Below, piece by piece: positions 16,893 through 24,000 of a stretch of 24,000 bases of DNA. Under the pieces are notes generated by a model. It had not been told where the DNA came from, ran no database searches, and saw only the letters and a list, made by a program, of their open reading frames with translations. Made by a program: the position numbers and the translations under genes. The stretch's first letter is position 1. The number at the start of each line of letters is the position of its first letter. The DNA lies in NCBI GenBank assembly GCA_965279395.1, contig CBDIHR010000002.1:351887-375886 (forward strand), given 5' to 3'. The DNA comes from Aminobacter sp. Its GTDB lineage: Bacteria > Pseudomonadota > Alphaproteobacteria > Rhizobiales > Rhizobiaceae.

Positions 16893-17423
16893 ATGACGAT
16901 CAAGCCGCTCATCATCCTGCCCGATCCGCTCCTGCGCGAGATTTCCAAGCCGGTCGAACGCATCGACGACGGCGTGCGCAAGTTCGCGCGCGACATGCTC
17001 GACACCATGTATGACGCGCCAGGCATTGGCCTCGCCGCGATCCAGGTCGGCGAGCCGATCCGGATGCTGGTGATCGACCTTGCCAAGGAAGGCGAGGAGC
17101 CGGCGCCGCGCATCGTCATCAATCCCGAGATCGTCACCAGTGGCGAAGACCGCTCGGTCTACGAAGAAGGCTGCCTGTCGATCCCCGACTATTACGCCGA
17201 GGTCGAGCGCCCGGCGACGGTGCGGGTCAAGTATCTCGACGAGCATGGCAAGCTCCAGGAGGTCGACGCCGACGGCCTGCTCGCGACCTGCCTGCAGCAC
17301 GAGATCGATCATCTGAACGGCGTGCTGTTCATCGACTACATCTCCAAGCTCAAGCGCGACATGGTGATGAAGAAGTTCAAGAAGCTCGCCAAGGACCGCC
17401 CGCCGAGCCGCCTGGTGGGGTGA
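16893..17423 (+). CDS. def: peptide deformylase
   Basis: The track ORF starts at TTG 16884. ATG 16893 ([16 protein letters not shown]) is the typical Def N-terminus. The three Def motifs are present: [17 protein letters not shown] and HEIDHLNG. Confidence 0.95.
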   Translation: MTIKPLIILPDPLLREISKPVERIDDGVRKFARDMLDTMYDAPGIGLAAIQVGEPIRMLVIDLAKEGEEPAPRIVINPEIVTSGEDRSVYEEGCLSIPDYYAEVERPATVRVKYLDEHGKLQEVDADGLLATCLQHEIDHLNGVLFIDYISKLKRDMVMKKFKKLAKDRPPSRLVG

Positions 17424-17453
17424 TTTCCCCTCGTTGCTGGTGCCGCCACCATC

Positions 17454-17470
17454 TGATATCATTGATATCA
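17454..17470. promoter_or_regulatory. candidate operator: two tandem self-palindromic octamers TGATATCA-T-TGATATCA
   Basis: TGATATCA occurs at 17454-17461 and again at 17463-17470, 16 nt upstream of the antitoxin ATG and just before its GGAGG. RHH antitoxins typically autoregulate through short palindromic or tandem repeats overlapping their promoter. Confidence 0.4.
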
Positions 17471-17486
17471 ACCGATGGAGGCGCGC

Positions 17487-17789
17487 ATGGGCGACCTGCT
17501 GATCAGGAATATTCCGGAAGCCGTCAAGCTCGAGATCGCCGAGGCGGCCAGGGAGCGGGGCCAGAGCCTTTCCGACATGGCAGTCGATTTACTGCAGAAG
17601 GGCTTGCTGGCTAAGCGTAGCGACGATTCTGCCCCCAAGGGTTCGGCGTGGGAAACGTTGCGTGCCGTCTTCGAGAGCCAGGGCGCGGTAGATGGTGAGT
17701 TCGCCGAGGTGTTGGAAGAGGTTGAAGCGCTGCGGAAGCGCGACTTTGGCCGGCCAGTAAGTTTTGGCGAAGCTGACGGCGAGCAATGA
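17487..17789 (+). CDS. vapB: ribbon-helix-helix antitoxin (FitA/Arc-like) of a type II TA system
   Basis: The track frame is 17475..17789. I prefer ATG 17487, which has GGAGG (17477-17481) 5 nt upstream. The MGDLLIRNIPEAVKLEIAEAARERGQSLSDMAVDLLQKGL N-terminus fits an RHH fold (beta strand plus two helices). Its stop overlaps the toxin start (ATGA at 17786-17789). Confidence 0.8.
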   Translation: MGDLLIRNIPEAVKLEIAEAARERGQSLSDMAVDLLQKGLLAKRSDDSAPKGSAWETLRAVFESQGAVDGEFAEVLEEVEALRKRDFGRPVSFGEADGEQ

Positions 17790-18208
17790 TCGTCCTAGAC
17801 ACCAACGTCATCTCGGAAGCCGACAAGCCCCGCCCCAGGCCCGAACTGATGCAATGGATTGATCGTCAACCGACGCAGGACTTGTATCTCTGTGGGCCGG
17901 TAGTGATGGAACTGAGCTATGGCGCGGAGAAGTATTTGGCGCGCACCGGATCGGACAAGTATCTGAGGATACTTGGCGTTCTGGAAGAGCAGTTTAGGGG
18001 CCAGATTCTCGAATTTGACGGCCGGGCGCCGGCGCTGACAGGACGGATCAGAGCCCTGCGCGAGACATCGGGCCTCGCCATCAGCGTCCAGGATGCCATG
18101 ATCGCCGCGATCTGCCTTGTTAATGGCGCCACCCTCGCCACGCGCAACGTGCGCGACTTCGACGGGCTTGACCTCAGGCTCGTAAACCCGTTTGAAGCGA
18201 AGGCCTGA
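17786..18208 (+). CDS. vapC: PIN-domain ribonuclease toxin (VapC/FitB-like)
   Basis: 140-aa [14 protein letters not shown] (first acidic residue), [17 protein letters not shown] and [11 protein letters not shown] give the canonical four-acidic-residue PIN pattern. It is translationally coupled to the upstream antitoxin. Confidence 0.9.
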   Translation: MIVLDTNVISEADKPRPRPELMQWIDRQPTQDLYLCGPVVMELSYGAEKYLARTGSDKYLRILGVLEEQFRGQILEFDGRAPALTGRIRALRETSGLAISVQDAMIAAICLVNGATLATRNVRDFDGLDLRLVNPFEAKA

Positions 18209-18255
18209 ACGGATGGCCGACGCCATCCGGGGCATTGCGGGATAGCCAGAGCCGA

Positions 18256-19191
18256 ATGAGCCTTCGCGTCGTCTTCATGGGTACGCCGGATTTTTCTGTG
18301 CCGACGCTGCGCGCTATAGCGGACGCCGGCCACGAGGTCGTCGCCGTCTATAGCCAGCCGCCACGTGCCGCCGGCCGCCGTGGGCTGGAACTGACGCCGT
18401 CGCCGGTGCAACGCGAGGCTGAGCGCCTTGGCATCGAAGTGCGCACGCCGCTGTCGCTGAAAGGCGAAGCCGAGCAGGCAGCTTTTGCCGGGCTCAAGGC
18501 GGATGTGGCTGTCGTCGTGGCCTATGGGTTGCTGCTACCCAAGGCCATTCTCGAAGGTACCCGATTGGGCTGCTACAACGGCCACGCTTCGCTTCTGCCG
18601 CGCTGGCGTGGGGCGGCACCGATCCAGCGCGCGATCATGGCAGGCGACGCCGAAACGGGCATGATGGTCATGCGGATGGAAGAGGGATTGGACACCGGAC
18701 CGGTGGCGCGACTTGAAAAAGTCGCGATTGGACCCGACATGACAGCCGGCGAGTTGCACGATCGTCTGATGGCGATGGGTGCCTCGCTGATGGTACAAGC
18801 GCTGGCGGAACTCGAAGCGGGCAGGCTGGAAACAGTGCCCCAGGCCAGCGAAGGCGTGACCTACGCCAAAAAAATCGATAAAGCGGAGACGCGGATCGAT
18901 TGGACCTTGCCGGCGACGGCGGTCGACAACAATATCCGCGGCCTGTCGCCATTTCCCGGCGCGTGGTGCGAATTCGAAATCGGCGGACGAACCGAGCGCC
19001 TGAAAGTTTTGCGCTCGCAACGTGCCGCTGGACAAGGAGAACCGGGAACGGTTCTCGACGACCGGTTGGAGATTGCCTGCGGCGAAGCTGCCGTCAGGCT
19101 GGTCGAGGTACAAAGGGCGGGAGGAAAACCCGTCACCGCGGATGAATTCCTGCGCGGTGCCAAGATCGAAGAAGGAATGAAGTTGTCATGA
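18256..19191 (+). CDS. fmt: methionyl-tRNA formyltransferase
   Basis: The track ORF starts at TTG 18235. ATG 18256 ([18 protein letters not shown]) is the canonical Fmt N-terminus. It also has the motifs [21 protein letters not shown] and [11 protein letters not shown]. Confidence 0.95.
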   Translation: MSLRVVFMGTPDFSVPTLRAIADAGHEVVAVYSQPPRAAGRRGLELTPSPVQREAERLGIEVRTPLSLKGEAEQAAFAGLKADVAVVVAYGLLLPKAILEGTRLGCYNGHASLLPRWRGAAPIQRAIMAGDAETGMMVMRMEEGLDTGPVARLEKVAIGPDMTAGELHDRLMAMGASLMVQALAELEAGRLETVPQASEGVTYAKKIDKAETRIDWTLPATAVDNNIRGLSPFPGAWCEFEIGGRTERLKVLRSQRAAGQGEPGTVLDDRLEIACGEAAVRLVEVQRAGGKPVTADEFLRGAKIEEGMKLS

Positions 19192-19697
19192 GCATGATGT
19201 CGATCCGGGCGGCTACGCCCCGCGACCGCGAGGCGATCCGCCTCGTTGAAGAACACGCCTTCGGGCAGCAGGCCGAAGCCGGTCTTGTCGATGCACTGGT
19301 CGCCGAAGGCGACGCGGTCGTCGAACTGGTGGCCGAAGAGGATGGCGACGTCGTCGGCCACATCCTGTTTTCGCGCCTCTACGTCCAGAACGGCGGCAAG
19401 ACAGTTCCGGCGGTCGCGCTTGCGCCGCTGGCGGTCGAGCCCGATTTCCACGGCACCGGCATCGGTGGCGCGCTGATCCGCGAAGCCCATATCCGGCTCA
19501 AGGATGGCGGCGAGACGTTGGCCGTGGTGCTTGGCGATCCGGCCTATTACGGCCGCTTCGGCTACACGCATGATCGCGCGGCCAAGTTCGAGAGCGACTA
19601 TCAGTGCGACGCATTGCAGGCCTTGGCCTGGGGCGATGCGCCCGAGGCCGGCAAGCTGGTCTACGCTTCGGCTTTCGGTACGGCTCTGGCCGCGTAA
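19188..19697 (+). CDS. GNAT family N-acetyltransferase
   Basis: 169-aa ORF. Its ATG overlaps the fmt stop (ATGA at 19188-19191). VGHILFSRL...[23 protein letters not shown] is a typical GNAT motif A (Q/RxxGxG/A). Confidence 0.85.
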   Translation: MSMMSIRAATPRDREAIRLVEEHAFGQQAEAGLVDALVAEGDAVVELVAEEDGDVVGHILFSRLYVQNGGKTVPAVALAPLAVEPDFHGTGIGGALIREAHIRLKDGGETLAVVLGDPAYYGRFGYTHDRAAKFESDYQCDALQALAWGDAPEAGKLVYASAFGTALAA

Positions 19698-19721
19698 GGC
19701 GGCCGGAGTTCTCCTCAGCCC

Positions 19722-20474
19722 ATGCCGCGCTATCGCCTCGATATCGAATATGACGGTCGCGCCTATGCCGGCTGGCAGCGGCAGGCCGGCCTGCACACGG
19801 TGCAGGCGGCGATCGAGCAGGCAATCCTGAAGTTCTCGGGTGACGAAATCTCGTTGCGCGGCGCCGGTCGCACCGATGCCGGCGTGCATGCGACCGCCCA
19901 GGTGGCCCATGCCGAGCTGACCAAGGCTTGGGCCAACGACAAGGTCCGCGATGCCGTCAACGCGCATCTTCAGGCCGCCGGCGAGACGGTGGCGGTGCTC
20001 GCAGCGCAACAGGTGCCTGACGAGTTCGACGCCCGCTTCTCGGCTACGGGACGCCATTACATCTACCGCATCCTCAATCGCCGGGCGCCTGCCGCGCTCG
20101 AGCGTGGCAAGGTCTGGTGGGTGCCCAAGCGCCTCGACCACGAGGCGATGGCAGAGGCAGCCAAGGTCTTGTTGGGCCGGCACGATTTCACCACCTTCCG
20201 CTCGACCCAATGCCAGGCCAACAGCCCGCTGAGGACGCTCGCCCAGCTCGACGTGACGCGTATGGACGACATGATCGAGGTCAGGACCTCGGCGCGCTCA
20301 TTCCTGCACAACCAGGTCCGTTCGATGGTCGGCAGCCTGAAGCGAGTCGGCGAGGGTGGTTGGACAGCACACGATCTCAAGACCGCACTCGAAGCGCGCA
20401 ACCGCGCCGCATGCGGCCAGGTCGCACCGCCCGATGGGCTCTACCTCAGCGGCGTCGACTACCCGGCGACCTAG
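19722..20474 (+). CDS. truA: tRNA pseudouridine(38-40) synthase
   Basis: 250-aa ORF. It has [21 protein letters not shown] and the catalytic motif [11 protein letters not shown]. Confidence 0.95.
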   Translation: MPRYRLDIEYDGRAYAGWQRQAGLHTVQAAIEQAILKFSGDEISLRGAGRTDAGVHATAQVAHAELTKAWANDKVRDAVNAHLQAAGETVAVLAAQQVPDEFDARFSATGRHYIYRILNRRAPAALERGKVWWVPKRLDHEAMAEAAKVLLGRHDFTTFRSTQCQANSPLRTLAQLDVTRMDDMIEVRTSARSFLHNQVRSMVGSLKRVGEGGWTAHDLKTALEARNRAACGQVAPPDGLYLSGVDYPAT

Positions 20475-20477
20475 TTC

Positions 20478-21017
20478 CTAATAGAGCGGTTGTGCCATGT
20501 GCTTCGGTGCCGGCCAATCCTGGGTAATGCCAGGCTGTACAGGCCGTTCCAGATAGGTCGACAGCACGACATAGCTGCGCGTCGACGTCACGCCCGGCGT
20601 GTCGTAGAGGCGCGCCAGAAGCCCTTCGAGCGCGCGTGTGTCCTCGGTCCGTACCTTGAGCAGCAGGCAGGCATCGCCGGCAACGGTGTGGATTTCCTCG
20701 ACCTCGGGAAAGGACGAGACGGCCATCAGTTCCGGCGTCTTGCCCCAGCCCTTGGTGTCGATATGGACGAAGGCCAAAAGCGGCTTGCCGAGCGCCTTTG
20801 GGTCAGCCATCGCCACCGTCTGGCGGATGGCGCCGGACCTACGCATGCGCTTTACCCGTTCGTGTGCCGCCGGCGCGGAGAGGCCGGCCTTTTCGCCCAG
20901 TTCGGCGTAGGAGACGGTCGCGTCCTCCACCAGCACGCCTAACAGCCTTCGGTCCGCGGCGTCGACCATGCGCTCCGACAGGCGGTTCTGCCGAATGCCG
21001 TCTGTTTCTTCATCCAT
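20478..21017 (-). CDS. Lrp/AsnC family transcriptional regulator
   Basis: 179-aa ORF with GGAGA 8 nt upstream of the ATG. The HTH region is LDAADRRLLGVLVEDATVSYAELGEKAGLSAPAAHERVKRMRRSGAI. It is followed by an AsnC-type ligand-binding (RAM) domain. Confidence 0.9.
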   Translation of the reverse strand: MDEETDGIRQNRLSERMVDAADRRLLGVLVEDATVSYAELGEKAGLSAPAAHERVKRMRRSGAIRQTVAMADPKALGKPLLAFVHIDTKGWGKTPELMAVSSFPEVEEIHTVAGDACLLLKVRTEDTRALEGLLARLYDTPGVTSTRSYVVLSTYLERPVQPGITQDWPAPKHMAQPLY

Positions 21018-21065
21018 TGGGAAATTCTCCGTTGAAGCGGAACATCATTCGGGGAATATGCGCCC

Positions 21066-22232
21066 ATGTCGAACCCCGATCAATTGCTTCCTGCCGTTGC
21101 CGAACCCGTGGCTCGTATTCCCAGAGCTGCCTATTTGCTGACGGGCTGCATCGCCGTCATCGGCTCCAATTCGCTGGTGCTCGGGCCGATCGCGCCTGAG
21201 GTGGCAGTCGGCTTCGGCAGTTCCGTGCCTGTGGTCATGATGGCCGCCTCGGCGTTCGGGCTGGGCACAGCGGCGAGTGCTCTGTTTCTCGCCCGGTACA
21301 TCGACCGCTTCGGCGCGAAACGCATGTTGCAGCACGCCCTGGCGTTGCTGGCCATAGCCCTTGTGGCCAGCGCCATGGCGCCTGCGGTCATCGTGCTGGT
21401 CGCAGCACAATTGCTCGCCGGAATCGCAGCCGGTATCGCTCTTCCGGCGATCTATGCCAGCGCTGCCGCAGTTGCGCCGCCCGGCCGTGAGAGCGGAACC
21501 ATCGGCGTGGTGCTCACCGGCTGGACGCTGTCGATGGTAGCAGGCGTGTCGCTGTCAGCCGTGCTCGCCGACCTCGTCCACTGGCGCGCGGTATTCGCAG
21601 CGGTCGCGTTGCTCGCTGCCATTGCGCTGGCGGCCATATCGGCCATGTCGGCCGATGACGAACCAGCAGGCGGCATCGCTCCCGCGCCGCTGGGGGCGCT
21701 GGCAACGCCCGGCATCGTGCCCCTGCTGATTGCCTGCGGCGCCTTCATGACAGCGTTCTATGGCGTCTATGGCTATCTCGGCGATCATTTGCACCAGGCT
21801 CTCGGACGGCCGGTCAGCACCAATGGCCTGGCCGCCATTTCATACGGCATCGGATTCGGCGCTGCAGCACTGCTCGACGGCATCGTCGATCGGATCGGCG
21901 CCCGGCGTGTCATGCCGATCGCATATCTCGGCGTAGCGGCAATCTATGTGCTGATATCAGCAGTCGCGGGTAACTTCGCCGTGCTGATCGCCACCATGGC
22001 CCTGTGGGGGCTGGGCAACCAGTTCGGGCTGAACGTGCTGGTCATGCGCCTGTCGGCGCTCGATCCTAGCAGGCGCGGCACCATCATGGGGCTGAACAGC
22101 GCGGTCACCTATCTCGCCGTGTCGGTTGGCACCACCGCATTTGGTCCGCTCTACGCCAGTTTCGGCTTTGCCGCTTCGGCGCTTGTCGCAGCGGTTTTGA
22201 TGCTCGGCGCCGCCGCTGCTGCCTGGCGCTGA
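21066..22232 (+). CDS. MFS transporter (12 TM), divergent from the Lrp regulator
   Basis: 388-aa, very hydrophobic ORF with about 12 predicted helices. The loop motif LARYIDRFGAKRM between TM2 and TM3 is typical of the MFS. Confidence 0.85.
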   Translation: MSNPDQLLPAVAEPVARIPRAAYLLTGCIAVIGSNSLVLGPIAPEVAVGFGSSVPVVMMAASAFGLGTAASALFLARYIDRFGAKRMLQHALALLAIALVASAMAPAVIVLVAAQLLAGIAAGIALPAIYASAAAVAPPGRESGTIGVVLTGWTLSMVAGVSLSAVLADLVHWRAVFAAVALLAAIALAAISAMSADDEPAGGIAPAPLGALATPGIVPLLIACGAFMTAFYGVYGYLGDHLHQALGRPVSTNGLAAISYGIGFGAAALLDGIVDRIGARRVMPIAYLGVAAIYVLISAVAGNFAVLIATMALWGLGNQFGLNVLVMRLSALDPSRRGTIMGLNSAVTYLAVSVGTTAFGPLYASFGFAASALVAAVLMLGAAAAAWR

Positions 22233-22248
22233 GTTCGGTGCCGACGGA

Positions 22249-22845
22249 TTAGCCCTGAAGTTCGATCCCGAGCAGTCCCTGCAGCGAAAACAGCACCAGC
22301 AGCGAAACGAAGAACATGCCGGCGAAGACGGCCGATCCGATCGCCGCACCCTTGCCGATGGTGGCATTGGTCATGCGCCAGGTGAACACCATCGACAGGC
22401 CGAACACCGCCAGCGACAGCAGCATGGTGAAATTTTCCGCCGCCGGAAACAGCATGCGCGAAAGCGCCGCCGGCAGCATCAGCCAGGCGATGATCGCCGA
22501 CGTCCAGTTGCTGGCGACGACATAGTGGACGAAGCGGTCGCCGATACCGACGCGGGGCGCCACGAGCGCGAGCGCGATCAGCGGCAAGACCCAGGCGCCC
22601 ATGTCGACCATGGCAAGGCGCACCACGATGCCGAAGCGACCGGCAAACGTCGCCGTCTCCACCGCGACGTCGTTTGACACCCCGGCCCAGCCGACAACGA
22701 GCGCGGGAACCGCAACCAGAATGGCGAAGAACGAGTTCCAGAAGCCGTCGGCGCTGAGATCGAGCATGCGCAGGCCGTCGGCCTTGCCCAGCATCAGCCG
22801 CCAGGCGCCCGCAAGATTCTGCTCGATTTCATCGCTTGCCAGCAT
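22249..22845 (-). CDS. conserved integral membrane protein of unknown function (about 5 TM; possibly Yip1-like)
   Basis: 198-aa ORF with good GC3 bias. It lies 12 nt downstream of dapE on the same strand. It has several hydrophobic helices, and I do not recognise a confident family signature. Confidence 0.55.
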   Translation of the reverse strand: MLASDEIEQNLAGAWRLMLGKADGLRMLDLSADGFWNSFFAILVAVPALVVGWAGVSNDVAVETATFAGRFGIVVRLAMVDMGAWVLPLIALALVAPRVGIGDRFVHYVVASNWTSAIIAWLMLPAALSRMLFPAAENFTMLLSLAVFGLSMVFTWRMTNATIGKGAAIGSAVFAGMFFVSLLVLFSLQGLLGIELQG

Positions 22846-22857
22846 CAGCGCGTTTCG

Positions 22858-24000
22858 TCATCCAAACCAGTCTGCGAGGAACTGCTGGTAGACCTGTGTC
22901 AGCATCTCCAACTCGGCAAGCGGCACGCGCTCGTCGACCATGTGCATGGTCTTGCCGACCAGCCCGAACTCGACGACCGGGCAATAGTCCTTGATGAAGC
23001 GCGCATCCGAGGTGCCGCCCGTCGTCGAGAGCTTGGGCTTGCGTCCGGTGACGCTCTTGATCGAGCCGGCCAGCGCGTCGATCAGCTTGTCGTTGCGGGT
23101 CAGGAAGACGTGGCTCGGCCGGTCGCGCCAAACCAGCTCGAAGTCGATCGGCTCCTTGCGGGCCTTGCGGTACTTCTTGCGGCCGCTCGCCTTGTCCAGC
23201 CGGTTGTGGATCTCGGCCTGCAGAGTCTCGGCCGTCCAGGTGTCGTTGAAGCGGATGTTGAAGCTGGCTGTTGCCTTCGCCGGAATGACGTTCGTCGCCG
23301 GATTGCCGACGTCGAAGGTGGTGACTTCCAGGTTCGACGGCTGGAAGTCCTTGGTGCCCTTGTCGAAGCCCGGATTGAGTAGCGCATCGACAAGCGTCAT
23401 CAGCCCGCGCACCGGATTGTCGGCGAGGTGCGGATAGGCGGCGTGGCCCTGCCTGCCATTGACGGTGATGGTGGCCGAGATCGAGCCGCGGCGGCCGATC
23501 TTGATCATGTCGCCGAGCGCGTCCGGGTTCGTCGGTTCGCCGACAAGCGAGGCATCCCACTTTTCGCCGCGCGACGCCGCCCATTCGAGCAGCTTGACGG
23601 TGCCGTTGATCGAGGGGCCTTCCTCATCACCGGTGATCAGCAGCGAAACAGACCCCTTGGGACCGCCATGGGCTTCGACGTGGCGGGCGACCGCCGCGAT
23701 GAAGCAGGCGATGCCGCCTTTCATGTCGACCGCACCGCGGCCATACATCTCGCCATTGTCGATCGCGGCCGAAAACGGCGGGTGCTTCCATGCCGCCTCG
23801 TCGCCGACCGGCACGACGTCGGTGTGACCAGCGAACATCAGATGCGGGCCGTTACCTGAGCGGCGGGCATAGAGGTTTTCGATGTCGGGCGTGCCGTCCT
23901 CGGAGAAGGTCGGGCGGTCGACAGCGAAGCCGAGCGGCTTCAGCATGGTCTCAAGTGCGGTCAGCGCACCGCCTTCGGCCGGCGTGACCGACGGGCAGCG
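22858..24000 (-). CDS. dapE: succinyl-diaminopimelate desuccinylase (M20 peptidase), N-terminus outside the window
   Basis: The frame stays open to the window edge. My translation upstream of the track Met is [25 protein letters not shown]. It has the motifs [28 protein letters not shown] and LITGDEEG. Confidence 0.9.
   Translation of the reverse strand, partial: RCPSVTPAEGGALTALETMLKPLGFAVDRPTFSEDGTPDIENLYARRSGNGPHLMFAGHTDVVPVGDEAAWKHPPFSAAIDNGEMYGRGAVDMKGGIACFIAAVARHVEAHGGPKGSVSLLITGDEEGPSINGTVKLLEWAASRGEKWDASLVGEPTNPDALGDMIKIGRRGSISATITVNGRQGHAAYPHLADNPVRGLMTLVDALLNPGFDKGTKDFQPSNLEVTTFDVGNPATNVIPAKATASFNIRFNDTWTAETLQAEIHNRLDKASGRKKYRKARKEPIDFELVWRDRPSHVFLTRNDKLIDALAGSIKSVTGRKPKLSTTGGTSDARFIKDYCPVVEFGLVGKTMHMVDERVPLAELEMLTQVYQQFLADWFG

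Noticed and set aside
17442-18227. Imperfect direct repeats flanking the TA module (GCCGCCACCATC at 17442-17453 and GCCGACGCCATC at 18216-18227) as possible target-site duplication
   Set aside because: Only 10 of 12 positions match, in GC-rich sequence, and the downstream copy is part of a local hairpin. This is not distinguishable from chance without comparison to an empty site.
18861-20210. 449-aa minus-strand ORF spanning the fmt 3' end, the GNAT gene and truA
   Set aside because: It crosses three well-supported plus-strand genes, and its translation is low complexity. This is an antisense artefact.

Overview
High-GC alphaproteobacterial chromosome segment. Gene content, gene order and the dispersed repeats look Rhizobiales (Mesorhizobium-like), but this is inferred from the sequence alone. 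Most of the window is housekeeping. In order it holds: kdsB (3' end), pheA, nudC, a HIT protein, DUF1772, ffs (SRP RNA), dnaX, ybaB, a Zn-ADH, a SleB-type hydrolase, recR, a lytic transglycosylase, two LLM flavin oxidoreductases, DUF6481, sugE/gdx, a CDF transporter, a GFA protein, rmuC, def, a vapBC-type TA pair, fmt, a GNAT, truA, an Lrp regulator, an MFS transporter, a membrane protein and dapE (partial). I do not see a multi-gene defence or biosynthetic system that looks new. The unexplained or unusual structure is mostly in small non-coding elements. (1) A 180-bp perfect nested palindrome lies in-frame inside the signal-peptide codons of the lytic transglycosylase. Removing it conceptually restores a canonical signal peptide. 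(2) A second element with the same CTCCCC-ACAA-GGGGAG hairpin core lies just after that gene. (3) Two copies of a heptad-repeat (NGARTAG / CTAYTCR) hairpin element abut stop codons directly. They bracket the ADH + SleB block that splits the usually contiguous dnaX-ybaB-recR cluster. (4) An RHH-antitoxin/PIN-toxin pair is wedged between def and fmt, with a tandem palindromic TGATATCA candidate operator upstream. (5) A guanidine-II (mini-ykkC) riboswitch lies upstream of sugE. (6) A 41-aa lysine-rich ORF with a good SD is missing from the ORF track. All coordinates of non-coding features come from hand inspection. No database search or folding program was available.
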